This document shows positions 11,375 through 23,989 of a stretch of 40,580 nucleotides of DNA, one piece after another. The first letter of the stretch is position 1. Each line of letters opens with the position of its first letter. The translations under genes were made by a program, and so were the position numbers. The notes under the pieces were generated by a model, which searched no databases, was not told the origin of the DNA, and was given only the letters and a program-made list of their open reading frames with translations. Origin of the DNA: Chiloscyllium plagiosum (Eukaryota); NCBI RefSeq assembly GCF_004010195.1, contig NC_057720.1, positions 4,052,939 through 4,093,518 on the forward strand, written 5' to 3'.

Positions 11375-12265
11375 CTGGATGTGAACATAGGAGGGATGGT
11401 TAATAAGTTTTCTGATGACACCAAAATTGTAGGTGTAATGACAACCTCAGAGTATAAAAGGATCTTGATCTTGATCAGATGGGCCAATGGCTGAGCAGTG
11501 GCAGATAGGGTTTAATTTAGATAAATGTGAGGTGCTACATTTTGGAAAAACAAATCAGAGCAGGACTTATACATTTAATGGTAAGATCTTGGGAAGTGTT
11601 GCTGAACAAAGAGACCTTAGAGTGCAGGTTCATTATAATTTGAAAGTGGATTCATAGGTAGATAGGATAGTGAAGAAGGCATTTGGTATGGTTGCCTTTA
11701 TTGGTCAGTGCATTGAGTATAGGAGTTGGGAGGTCATGTTGCGGCTATACGGCACGTTAGACCACTTTTGATGTTTTGCATGCAGTTCTGGTCTCTAGGA
11801 AGGATGTTGTGAAACTTGAACAGGTTCAGAAAAGATTTACAAGGATGTTGCCAGGGTTGGAGGGCTTAAACTATAGCGAGAGGCTGAATAGGCTGGGGAT
11901 GTTTTCCCTGGAGCATCAGAACCCTTATAAAATCATGAGGGGCATGGACAGAATAAATAGACAAGGCCTTTTCCCTGGGGTAGGGGAGTCCAGAACTAGA
12001 GGGCATAGGTTTAGGGTGAGAGGGGAAAGGGACCTAAGGGACAACTTTTTCACAAAGAGGGTGGTGCATGTATGGAATGAGCTGCCAGAGGAAGTGGTGG
12101 AGGCTGGTACAATTACAACATTTAAAAGGCATCTGGATGGGTATATGAATAGGAAGGGATCAGAGGGATATGGGCCAAATGCTGGCAAAGGGACTAGATT
12201 TATTTAAGATATCTAGATGGCCAAAGGATCTGTTACTGTGCTGCACAGCTCTATGACTCTATGAC
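11375..12265 (+). mobile_element. CR1 LINE 3' fragment
   Basis: FSDDTK, VQKRFTRMLPGLEGL, WNELPEEVVEAGT; tail CTCTATGACTCTATGA. Confidence 0.9.
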
Positions 12266-12609
12266 TGAAGTCGCTTTCACCAAAACATTCACATTTTCTT
12301 TATAACACAGGGCCCAGACAGGAACAGGCTCAAAGAGCTGAAAGACCTACCTCTGTTCCCATGTTCCTGTGTAACTGTACACAATACTTCAGCTGAGGTC
12401 TAACTTTTTTTTTATTGATGAAGCTCTCCAATTAGTCCCACTTTCACTTTTTTCCAAAACACTGCAAATTTAGTTCTAGTGTTTCTCTAATTCCTTTTGA
12501 AAGTGGCTATTGAATTTGCTCCAGCATATTTCAGGCAGTGTGGTTGATATTAGCTTATTTTGATCTCATGTTGCCCCTGACACGTTTTTTTCTGATTCTC
12601 TGTCCTAAG

Positions 12610-13430
12610 ATAAGACTAAATGAAGAGGAGTAGAGTTAGAGTTAGACCATTTGACCCACTGAGTTGGCTGCACCATTCAATGGTGGCTGATATCTTTCTC
12701 AACCCCATTCTCTTGCCTTCTCCCTGTAACTTTTGATCCCCTCACAAATCAAGAACCTATCTATAAAAAAACCAAAAGAAATATGGATGCTGTAAACCAG
12801 GAACAAAAACAGAAACTTCTGGAAAAGCTCAGCACGTCTGGCAACACGCTTCTGAGGAAGGGTCACCAGACCTGAAACATTAACTCTGATTTCTCTTCAC
12901 AGATGCTGCTCAACCTGCTGAGCTTTTTCACCAATTTTTGTTTTTGTACTTATCTATGTCTGTCTTAAATACACTCAGTGACTTTGTGTCCATAGCCCTC
13001 TGTGGCAATGAGTTCCATAGAGTCACTGCCCTCTGGCTGAAGAAATATCTCCTTGTCTCCATTCTAAAGGATCATCTGTTCACACTGAGGCTGTGCCCTC
13101 AGGTTCTAGCCTGTCCTACTGGTGGGAACATTTTCTCCACTCTAACTCTAATCCAGGTCACTCAGTATTTTGTAAGTTTCAATTAGATTCCCCTCATCCT
13201 TTTATCAAGTACAATCCTCAACTGCTCCTCATACGACAAGCCCTTCATCTCTGGGATCATTCTTGCGAACTGCATCTGGACCCCCTCCAACACCAGTACA
13301 TCTTTCCTTCGATACGGCGTCAAAACTGTTCACAATATTCCAAATGATGTCTGACCTGAGTCTTATACAGGCGCAGCAGTACATCTCTGCTGTTGTATTC
13401 TGGCCATCTTGAAATGAATGCGAACATTGA
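12610..13430 (-). mobile_element. CR1 LINE 3' fragment interrupted by a PLE derivative
   Basis: CR1-type 3' UTR and C-terminal motifs on both sides of 12765-12947. Confidence 0.75.
12765..12947. mobile_element. Fold-back PLE derivative (family 3)
   Basis: Inverted arms; CTGAGGA-A-GGGTC-ACCA-GACCT-GAAA-CA-TT-AAC at 12852-12884; flanking ACCTATCTAT (12755-12764) / ACTTATCTAT (12948-12957). Confidence 0.75.
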
Positions 13431-13559
13431 ATATACCTACCTAACCCAGGATGGAAGCTAGAGATGTGTAGCAGCATGAGATTATCCATGGGCTGTCATT
13501 TAGTTTGTCTCCAGCACTACATTATTTTAAATATTTTGTAATCATCTCTCTCCCTCATT

Positions 13560-13877
13560 TAATCAGATTGTAGGACACCCCTTTGCTTGTTATTCAGCTG
13601 TTGACACTTTACTCACATCGTTTGACACTCTTAATCACCTGCAGAGACTTATTATTCAACACTCCACTCGCACAATTTGTATGATGTTTTGATCGCCCGG
13701 CCTTGGACCTCTCTGCCTATAAACTCTGTGTCTGTGCGCTTCTCTCTCACTACACCTGACAAAGGGGCTATACTCTGAAAGTTTGTGATACCAAATAAAC
13801 CTGTTGAACCATAGCGTGTTGTCGTGTGATTTCTGACTTTGTCCACCCCAGTCCAACACCGGCTCTTCCACATCATG
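13560..13877 (+). mobile_element. PLE terminal fragment (family 2), decayed hammerhead
   Basis: CACCTGACAAAGGGGC...GAAAGTTTGTG...TAAACCTGTTG...CCAGTCCAACACC resembles 3990-4235. Confidence 0.65.
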
Positions 13878-14659
13878 GTTCACTAGAACCCACCCCTCCA
13901 ACATACTTTCAATAGCCCCCTTGCCCTTACCCCTCCCCCACATTACCTCCATGCCCACTAATAACTCTCATGTCCTCCTAAGTCCAATCATTTCTCCTCC
14001 AGTGCTAGACCCTGTATTAAGAAGCAGTTTGTACCAATTTGTCGCAGTAAATTAAAATTCACACATCCTGCTCTAATGCTTTTGCGATTAATTTTAAACT
14101 GATGTCTTTAGAGTAATGTTCCCCTTGACACTGTCAAGCTGTTTCTCTTTTGTTGTCAAAGGTCTTCAAGATTTTGAATATTTGCATTTAATTCCACAGC
14201 CAGCATTGAGTTCCTGCTAGAATGAAAAGATACATTCATTAAAATAATTTGAGAGTTTGTGTTTTGTAATAGAGGCATGTTGTTCTGAAGATGGCTCACT
14301 TGACCCAAAATATTAACTGTTTTTTCTCCACAGATGCTGCCAGACTTGCTGAGCTTCTCCAGCAATTTCTGTTTTTATGTTAGAGAGGCATATAGCTGTT
14401 GGTTACTTTTGTGCAGGAGTTATAAAAATTGGTCAGACAGTCCTTCAGGAACATGATTGTACCCAGTACATTTCAGAGCAGGAAGCCCCCTGGAGTGATT
14501 AATAGAAACTGTTTGTATTGGGGTGCTTTGCAACACGTGGAGTAAACAATGAAGTTTGTTTTCATTTTGGAATAAATCATTGATTGAAAACCCCGAGATT
14601 GAAGTTCAGAGAAGACCTGACTGTGGTCAGAAGCAAGTGTAATCTCTCTCTTAAAAAGG

Positions 14660-15100
14660 ACTCATAAAACCATAGAGGTATACAGCACCTGTGGCTCTTC
14701 AGCCCAACTCATCCATACTGACCAGGCTTCCTCAATTGAACTAATCCCATTTGCCTGCGTTTGGCCCCAGTCACTCTAAACTTTTCCTTCCATGTACCTG
14801 TCCAAATGTCTTTTAAATGCAGTACTTGTACTCACCTCTGCCACTTCCTCTAGCAGCTCATTCCATACACCCACCACTCCCTGTGTGAACAGGTTGCTCC
14901 TCAGGTACTTTTTAAATCTTTCCCCTCTCACCTTAACCCTATGCCGTCTAGTTCTGGACTTCCCTACACTGGAGAACAAACCTTGGCTATTTACCCTATC
15001 CGTGCCTCTCATGTGTTTATAACCTCTATAAGGTCACCCCTCACCCTCCTATGCTCCAGGGAATAAAGGTCTCAGCCTTTTCAGCCTGTTCTTATAACCC
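14660..15100 (-). mobile_element. CR1 LINE 3' fragment
   Basis: ORF 14776-15012 FTQGVVGVWNELLEEV. Confidence 0.88.
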
Positions 15101-15371
15101 CAACTTCCACTTTCAGTCACACCCTTATAAGTATATTTTTGTTAGAATTTACAGAGCAGTTAAAGGAAAAGTTATCTCAGTAGATAAGTTTAGCTTATGC
15201 AACTTTCAGACCAAGATTATTTGGTTAGAAATCTGTAGGATTTCTGAGAAGCTGAGAAAGTCTGATCTCTCAGTTCTTGCAAGCATTCATTTCAGAAAAC
15301 TCTACAGTTCACAGAGCAGAAACTGTTAAAAATATGTTAAGTTGAATTTAAGATTTAAGATAGAAGTTGAA

Positions 15372-15622
15372 TTCCTCTCGACTTGAATCACTGTGAAAGG
15401 GTGGTGTTGGGGGATAGGTCAAAACTTGGTTTTGCTGTGTGCTTTATGATTTTTCTAACTATGTTGTCTATCTAGATGGTTTTGTTTTTTTGGATTTTTC
15501 CTCTCGACTTGAATCACTGTGAAAGGGTGGTGTTGGGGATAGGTCAAAACTTGGTTTTGCTGTGTGCTTTATGATTTTTCTAACTATGTTGTATATCTAG
15601 ATGGTTTTGTTTTTTTGGATTT
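15372..15622 (+). repeat. Tandem duplication, ~126-bp unit x2
   Basis: TTCCTCTCGACTTGAATCACTG... starts at 15372 and 15498; two differences seen. Confidence 0.95.
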
Positions 15623-16974
15623 TGTGTGATAAACTTCTATTCTGTTGTTAAAGATCGCCTCATATGGCTAGTATATTAACTAGAACTTTTAAAAAGGAAC
15701 AATCAGGTCAGGTTTCCTTCTGGGAGCTGACTAGAACTATCAGCTGAGATAATTGCAAAGTCAGAAAGTCAATAGCACGTATGTGACTGCTGATTTTCTG
15801 TCCTGTAACATGAAGGGGGATGAATCCTCCCAAGAATTGGAAGGTGGAAGGTACAGCGGTGCCGGGGGGGAGAGAGAGAGAGAGAGAGGAGGAAACCTTT
15901 CATAAGACGATTCAAGGCTACATGTTTTCCAAGTGAAACAAACATCTTCATTCAGGACGTTAAGCAAGCCAAGGGTTATATTTATTTGTGATGTTCTTAT
16001 TGTACAGGGTGTCCATTTGAATCAAATTTTTCATGATAGCAATGTTACATGCACTGAGCACATTGAGTTTACCTCATGCGACTGGAGATCAATCAAGTGG
16101 AGCTCATTAATGAATGAATTCTTTTTAAAAACTGTAACCTCGTGACCACTGTTGTAGTAGATCGCAGATGAATTCAGTTGTTCTCCCTGGGAGGATTTAA
16201 TATTATGACTACTGAGGTTGCTTACTCACTCAGATAATTGCTAGGTTATAATCATCTGAAGACACCACCTCTATTGATGTGACACTCCCTTAATTACTGC
16301 TCTGACCCAGATTACATACTTAGTGGAGTGATGCAGACTTTGAACAGTGCAGAACTTTGGCAGTTGACAATTCGCCAATTTTTGCAACAGCCCACAGAAA
16401 TGACTCCCATCAAGACTCCATCCCTTTAACAACAACCTGCCTTTATGTAACAATATTGTAAAACGTCCCAAAATCTTTCATAGGTACATTAGTCAAAATG
16501 TGATTGAGCCATACTAACATGGTCAGCCAAAGGTTCAGTCAGAAAGGTAGGTTCGAAGGAATGTCTTGAAGGAGCAGTGAGAAAGGGAACGTTTAGAGAG
16601 GGGTTTCCAGAGCTTAAAGGTGTGGACAAAACATTTAAATTTGAGGTATTGTCTGATAAGGATATGATGCAGATCAGAACTGTCAGTGTGGATTGGGGGA
16701 ATGGATGAGCAAGAATGAGATATGGGCAGGATCAGAGGGTGGTAAGGGCAGGACATGCTGTGAATGGGGGCTATTCAATGTGCAAGAGTGACTCAGCAGC
16801 ACCAATACTGATGAAGTTGTCTGAGTCATAAAGGACTTTGTGTCGGCTGGATCTGTGGCAGATGGTGAGGAAACCAACAAAAAAGAACAATCTATTTGGC
16901 TTCATTCGTAACAATTTATCTGCAACAAATGCATCTTTCTATGACTGCACTGGTGGGTCACACAAGGGGTAGTA

Positions 16975-17380
16975 CTACATTTTGGAAAGGCCAATCAGAG
17001 CAGAACTCATACACTAAATAGTTCAGTCCTGGGGAGTGTTGCCGAACAAAGAGACCTTGGAGTGCAGGTTCATAGTTCCTTGTAAGTGGAGCCACAGGTA
17101 GACAGTTGAAAGGGGGAAGATTTAAAAGGGAACTAAGGGGCTACTTTTTCAAGCAGAGGGTGGTGTGTGTATGGAATGAGCTGCCAGAGGAAGTGGTGGA
17201 GGCTGGTACAATTACAGCATTTAAAAGGCATCTGGGTGGCTATATGAGTAGGAAGGGTTTAAAGGGATATGGGCCAAATACTGGCAAATAGGACTACCTT
17301 AATTTAGGATATCTGGTCGGCATGGATGAGTTGGACTGAAGGGTGTGTTTCCGTGATGTACGTCTCTATGATTTTATGAG
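16975..17380 (+). mobile_element. CR1 LINE 3' fragment with internal deletion near 17105
   Basis: EQRDLGVQVH segment joined directly to RFKRELRG...WNELPEEVVEAGT. Confidence 0.85.
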
Positions 17381-17780
17381 TTAGCACCGCACAGTCCACG
17401 TGGAGGCAAAACTCGCTCCTCACATTGAGATATCTTATATTGTGTTATGAGACTCTACCAGTATGTTAAATGGAATAGATTTTGAACAGATCTATCAAGA
17501 TTGGAGGCCATCAGGAGCAGCAGAATTGTATTCAAACACAATCTTCAATCTCAGGGCCTAATACGTCCCCCACATCCCATGAAAAAAAAAGTTTACAATC
17601 CACTAACGTTCCAGATTTATGAGGACAATGGAAGAAAACTGGGAATTTGGATGAATTTATAGCAGAGGAGGGTGGGTTGTATTTTCTTGAAAGCGTAAAC
17701 ATTGCTTTGGGATCCTCATTGAGAGATGGGGAAGTGGAGGCTGGGTTATGGGTGGAAGTGGGGTCTTGGAAGCAGTGCTG

Positions 17781-17839
17781 TGGGCAGAGGCGGAGCTATG
17801 GGCAGAGGCGGAGCTAGGGGCAGAGGCGGAGCTATGGGC
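17781..17839 (+). repeat. 18-bp tandem repeat x3
   Basis: (TGGGCAGAGGCGGAGCTA)3 with one variant base. Confidence 0.9.
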
Positions 17840-18289
17840 TGAGTGGCAGCACAGAGGCGACTTTTGTATGAAATGGGGGGAGGGCTAAGCATAACGTGGG
17901 GGTTGCCTCAATAACTCTTGAGTTCACGCTCAGGTACAACAGATTTCGCTTTGGTTGTTTTTTTCTTTTCTGTTCATTCTGTTTTCCATTTTGTGTCAGT
18001 AACAACAATATCCTGCCATTGTTGGTGCAGCCAAGCGGATGATCAACCTTGCGAGGGACCAGATTTACAAAGAACATATTTTAGGGCATTATCAGGAGAG
18101 GAAGACCCACTCAGTACAAGACATTCCCAACATCGCCTTCAATGAGCTAAATTTCTGTTCAAGGTCACTGCTTGCAGCACCTGACATTAGCAATGTCAGT
18201 TTATCTGCAGCTAAAGAGTAACAGTATTTCGGGAGAGTGTTTCCCAACAGTATCAGAGCAGTTTGTCTGCTATTGATGGAACCGGTATA

Positions 18290-19680
18290 AAGACTAAGAA
18301 CTTTAACAAATCAGCAGGTTAGAAACAGGTAAGCCCATTCAGCCCTATCAAGCCTACCCTCTGCATTTCAGGTAATCATGGCTGATTGAATCTTCACCCT
18401 GCTCCATATGTCTCTATCTTAAATGCAATCAAAGTCTAAGCTTCCACAGCCCCCTGTGATAGAGAATTTCAAAGATTCACAACACTTTGAGTAAAAAACA
18501 TTTCTCTTCATCTCCAACCTAAGTGACATCTCTTTATTTTTAAATTGCACTCCCGTGTTTTGAACTCCCAAAACAGGGGAAAATCTAACCAGCAACAATC
18601 CTGTGAATCCCTTTAAGTATTTTGTAGGTTTCAATGAGATCACCTCTCATTCTTCGAAACTCCACAGAATTNNNNNNNNNNNNNNNNNNNNNNNNNNNNN
18701 NNNNNNNNNNNNNNNNNNNNNNNNNNNNNNNNNNNNNNNNNNNNNNNNNNNNNNNNNNNNNNNNNNNNNNNNNNNNNNNNNNNNNNNNNNNNNNNNNNNN
18801 NNNNNNNNNNNNNNNNNNNNNNNNNNNNNNNNNNNNNNNNNNNNNNNNNNNNNNNNNNNNNNNNNNNNNNNNNNNNNNNNNNNNNNNNNNNNNNNNNNNN
18901 NNNNNNNNNNNNNNNNNNNNNNNNNNNNNNNNNNNNNNNNNNNNNNNNNNCGGAGTGGGGTGGGGCGGAGAGGTCAGGAAGAAGATTGCAGGTTAGGAAG
19001 GCGGTGCTGAGTTCGAGGGATTTGACTGAGACAAGGTGGGGGGAGGGGAAATGAGGAAACTGGAGAAATCTGAACTCAGATTCCATTAGCCTTCCTAATA
19101 GCTCACTGTACCTGCATGTTATCCTTCAGTGACTTATCAAACGAACATGAGGTCTCTTTGTAGATTTACAGTCTCTAACCTCTTACCACTTAAGAAATAT
19201 TCTGTGCATCTGTTTCTCCTAACAAAGTTGAAAATCACATGACACCAGGTTATAGTCCAGCAGGTTTATTTGAAAATACAAGCTTACTGAGTGCTGCTCC
19301 TTCGGCAGATACCTAGTGCCAAAGTGAATAACCTCACATTTTCCACATAATGTTCCATCTGCCATGTTCTTGCCCGCTCACTAAACCTGTCCTAAACCTC
19401 CTGAAGCTGCTTTACAAAGTCCTCACCTCACACATTCCCACTTACCTTTGTATCATCCATAAACTTGGAAATAACTCAAGTCATCCCCAAAAGCAAATCA
19501 TTGATATAAATTGTGTGCAGCTGGGGACCAAAGTACAGATCTTTGTGGTCCCCCACTAGTCACAGTCTGTCTATGTAAGAATGGCCCATTTATTCCTACT
19601 CTCTGTTTCTGTCTGTTAGCCAATCAGTAATCCACTGCCAGTACATTACCTCCTATCCCATGTGCTTTAACCTTTCTAAC
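18290..19680 (-). mobile_element. Decayed CR1 LINE interrupted by the assembly gap and by PLE fragments (~18951-19075, ~19227-19312)
   Basis: CR1 3' UTR near 18300; RT-region similarity at 19320-19680. Confidence 0.65.
18672..18950. other. Assembly gap (N run)
   Basis: Run of n characters. Confidence 1.
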
Positions 19681-19943
19681 CAAATCCACATAAGCTGATC
19701 ATTTTCCACCATGTTTTCCTGGTGAGTTCAAGAGTCAATTGGCTACAAAACTGACCATGTTCACAAGTCAACATGGAGAGAGATCATCAATTAAACTGGC
19801 TTAGAAAGACTCTCCCAATTGTATTCATTTCCTGAAACATACAGTTACTAACTGCAATTTCATACTAAAATGTACTTTATTATTTAGAAACTGACTGGTC
19901 AGCTAATCTATTACCTTGTTCTGTTTCTAATATTATTTTCTGT

Positions 19944-20284
19944 TTAGATTAGATTAGATTAATTACAGTGTGGAAACAGGCCCTTCGGCCCAACAAGTAC
20001 ACACTGTGGAAACAGGCCCTTCGGCCCAACAAGTACACACCAACCCGCCGAAGCATAACCCATCCAGACCCATTCTCCTACATTTACCCCTACACCTAAC
20101 ACTACGGGCAATTTACCATGGCCAATTCACCTGACCTGCACATTTTGGACTGTGGGAGGAAACCGGAGCACCCGGAGGAAACCCACGCAGACACGGGGAG
20201 AATGTGCAAACTCCACACAGTCAGTCGCCTGAGGCGGGAATTGAACCTGGGTCTCTGGCGCTGTGAGGCAGCAGTGCTAACCAC
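19944..20284 (-). mobile_element. HE1-like V-SINE with 36-bp internal duplication, 5' end clipped
   Basis: Close reverse complement of 1621-1915; 19969-20004 repeated at 20005-20040. Confidence 0.9.
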
Positions 20285-20624
20285 AGAATATTACACGTGG
20301 AAAAATACCACTCAGCCTATTGTGTCTGTACTAGCCCTTTGCAATAATGACTCAGCTGGTGCCAATTCCCTGCTTGCTTCTTCTCTGGGCCCTGCAGTTT
20401 ATTTCACTTCTAATAATGATCCCATTGCCTTTTGAAGGTCATGACTGAACCTGCCTCTACCACAATCTCATTCCAGACCCTAACCACTATGTGAATAAGA
20501 TTTGTCGTTGACCTTCTACCAATTTTCATTCAGTTTATTCGCAAATTGATTTTCAGCTATATTGATACAACTATGCAATCCATAAAAAAATGTCAAGGAG
20601 TACTTTTTAATGGACAAATGGAAA

Positions 20625-20785
20625 AAAAATACTTGTTTTTATATAGTGCTTTCCTTAACCATGGGTATCCCAAAAATCAGTGATGTACTTTTGTTGTGGA
20701 GCCACTATTTTAATGAGGAAACACTGATGAATTTATGCACAGCAAGCTACCACAAAGGGCAATGTGATATTAATGAGATAATCCG
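20625..20785 (-). mobile_element. Old DeuSINE-like (SacSINE1-type) 3' fragment
   Basis: ACTTG..TTTATATAGTGCTTT...GCACAGCAAGCT.CCACAAA.GCAATGTGATA resembles the recalled consensus. Confidence 0.45.
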
Positions 20786-20905
20786 TGATGCTGCTTGATT
20801 TGTCTGCAATTAATTTTAGTGAAAACTTGATTTGTGAAGGCAAAATATGATTGACACACCAACTTGTCAAAATGATTGATCAGAAAATACTACAGTGAAT
20901 TTAAA

Positions 20906-21236
20906 GGGGTGGCACAGTGGCTCAATGGTTAGCACTGCTGCCTCACAATGCCAGGGACTCGGGTTCAATGCCAGCCTTGAGCGACTGTCTGTGTGGAGTT
21001 TGCACATTTTCCACGTGTCTGCGTGGGTTTCCTCTGGGTGCTCTGGTTTCCTCTCATAAACCAAAGATGTGCAGGTTTGGTAGATTTGCCATGCTAAATT
21101 GCCCACAGTGTGCTGGCTAAGGAGGATTGGCCATGGGAAATGCAGGGATAGGATAGGGAGGTGGGTCTGGGTGGGATGCCCTTTGGAGCGTCAGTATGGA
21201 TCAAATTGCCTGGATCCACACTGTAGGGATTCTCTG
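20906..21236 (+). mobile_element. HE1-like V-SINE (same variant as 1252)
   Basis: Head, V-core, extra GGCCATGGGAAATGCAG segment. Confidence 0.87.
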
Positions 21237-21989
21237 GTTGCATTGTTGACCAGATTAGTTCCACCTTTTAGTCTGTGAAAGGCTAAAGCCTTTTCCTTAT
21301 TGATGTCAACTTCTGTGAGTTTATTCTTTCACTGAGCCTCGGGTTGTAAGTAACTTGCCTCATGATGGATATTTCCTCAAACTTGGCAGTCGCTCGTTAT
21401 TGATCTTCATTAAGCCAGAGGCCAGCAAGTGTGATCAAGACCGTGTTAATCTACCTCTTATTGGCATAACATGTTCCATCTGCTTGCAATGTTTGTCTTC
21501 AACTTGCAGATTCTGTCACCATGCCATCATTGCAGCTTTGAACAGTCGAGCTGAAAGTTTTTGTGTGATTACATTAGGCATGTGTTTTCAGAAGTACCTT
21601 TTGCACTGTTTCAATGAAGCTCAGCATTGAGCGTTTGTATATAAAACAGGTTTGGAATGTTCCCTTGAGTGTTTATGACAGATCATGGAATTACTGATGT
21701 TTTATTCAGGGATCTCAAGTGTGTTTCCACAGTCTCTCTCTGACACACCACCCCTCTGCTCACTCCCCTGAGTGGGAACCCTGAGTAAGGACCACACCAC
21801 TCCCCAAATTTCTGAAAATATTGCTACATTCCCCACTGTGAACATTACCACCGACCCCCGTCCCCCTATATTTTACAGTTTCTGCTCCCTTTCCTGTACA
21901 TATTACAGTGAGTAGTAATTGTGTCCCCATTGATAATTATGCCTTTATTTTTAAAAATGTTTTATTATTTGTCATTTATTGAAATTCCT

Positions 21990-22310
21990 TTGTAAGATGA
22001 GATCATCATTAGCTCGATCCATTTCCTATTCCCAAAGGTCAGTTAGGAGTCAACTGCATTACTGTGGGTCTGGAGTCACATGTAGACTGGTAGATTTCTC
22101 TCCTAAAGGACATTAATGAACCAAATGAGGTTTTACCATTTTCCAGCAAACCATTCTGACTACACGGTTACCGTTAAAGTAGCTTTTCATTGCAGATTTT
22201 TATTGAATTCATATTTCACTATCTTCCACAGTGGGTATCAAACTCATGTCTTTTTAAAGATCTGAATTACTAGCCCAGTGATATTATTGTACTACTATAC
22301 TACCCTCCCA
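21990..22310 (-). mobile_element. Second SINE family copy (decayed)
   Basis: TGTGGGTCTGGAGTCACATGTAG...CCTAAAGGACATTAATGAACCA. Confidence 0.7.
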
Positions 22311-22464
22311 TTTATTAGCACAGCACATGTGTATTGTTGAAAATATACACATCTGTTGAAGCTTTCTGTCTTGCACTCATCAGGATACTTCACAAGAAAC
22401 AGTTGTACAAAGGAAAATCAATAGTTGCACTCTTTGAGGGGAAAGTGCTGTTTAGTTTGCCAGT

Positions 22465-23590
22465 GTCATAGAGTCGTAGAGTCCAACAGCATGGAGAGAG
22501 GCCCTTTGGCCCAAACTGGTCCATGCCGACCAAAATGTCCATCCATGCTAAACCCAAACATATAAATAGAAAGCAAGAATTATCAGCAGTGCTTTGCCTG
22601 AGGCCCACTGAATGTGTTACCTAGTAGGGTGATGAAATGTCTGGAAATGAACCTTCTAGCTCAGCGAGCAAACCTACATCCAAAACGCTAAACTGATTTC
22701 CCTGCATTTGGCCTATATCCTTCTAATCCTTTCCTATCCATGTGTTTGTCTAAATGCCTTTTAAATGTTGTTAATCTACCCACCTCAGCCATTTCCACTG
22801 GCAGCTCATTCCATCTGCGTACCACCCTCAGAGTAAAAAGGTTGCCCGTCAGGTTCCCTTTTATTCTTTCCCCTTTAACCTTAAACTGATACCCCTCTAG
22901 TTCTCGATTCCCCAACCCTGGGAAAAAGACTGAGAGCATCCACACTATCCATGCCTCTCATGATCTTATGCACTTCTATAAGATCCCCCCTCAATCTCCG
23001 ACACTCTAAAGAAAAAAGTCCTAGTTTGTCCAACCTCTCCCTATAACTCAGACCATTGAGTCCTGGCAACATCCTTGTACATTTCTTCTGCACTCTTTCC
23101 AGTTTAATAACATCCTTCTTACAGCAAGGTGATCAAAATTGAACATAATACTCCAAGTGCGGCCTCACCAACGTCCTGTACAACTGCAACATAACTTCCC
23201 AACTTCTATACCCAATGTCCTGACTGATGAAGGCCAATGGGCCAAAAACCTTCTTCACTGCCCTGTCTACCTGCGACTCCACTTTCAGAGAACCGTACAC
23301 CTGAACTCCAAGGTCCCTCTGTTCCACTACACTCCTTAAGGCCCTACCATTCACCATGAAACTCCTGTCTTGATTTGACTTTCCAAAATACAAGACCTCA
23401 CACCTACCTATATTAAACTCTATTTGCCATTTCTTGGCCTCTTTTCACAGCTGATCAAGGTCCTGCTGCAATTGCTGAGAACCTTCCTCTCTGTCCATGA
23501 TACCTCCTATTTTAGTGTCATCAGCAAACTTACTAATCACGCCTTGTACATTCTCATCCAAGTCATTGATATAGACAACGAACAGCAGTG
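22465..23590 (-). mobile_element. CR1 LINE 3' fragment
   Basis: EQRDLGVQV, LYRTLVRPHLEY, RRLRGDLIEVHKI, WNELP. Confidence 0.92.
22554..22686 (+). mobile_element. Short PLE-end insertion (family 4) in the CR1 3' UTR
   Basis: GCTAAAC direct repeats at 22547-22553 and 22687-22693; decayed hammerhead-like CCA-CTGAATGT-GTTACC..GGTGAT-GAAA-TG-TC-TGG at 22605-22644. Confidence 0.6.
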
Positions 23591-23989
23591 GACTGATTGT
23601 AAAAGCATTGCCATAGGGAATGCAGTTTTAACAAATAATTGACCCAGAAGCAGGGTATGAAGGAAATATTTGTAGTTGACGCAAAGGTAGGTAGGAAAGT
23701 ATATTGTGATGAAAACATAAGGAGCTTGCAGATGGATATAGCTAAGTTGAGTAATTGAGCCAATGTATAGCAGATAGAAATAACTGATGGACAATATGAT
23801 GTTCCCTTTAGTGGGAAGAACAAAAAAGCTAAAAGGTCTTCTGATACATGAGTTACAAAATGTTAGTACACATGCACAACATATTAAAAAGGTCACTTGG
23901 AGGTTATCACTTATTACAAGAGGAACCGCACATAAAACTAAGGATGTTATAGTTCAATTATACTTTAATGTCTTATCTGAGAAGCTGCA

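Noticed and set aside
18603..19086. Long ORFs spanning this region
   Set aside because: Artefacts of the N gap.
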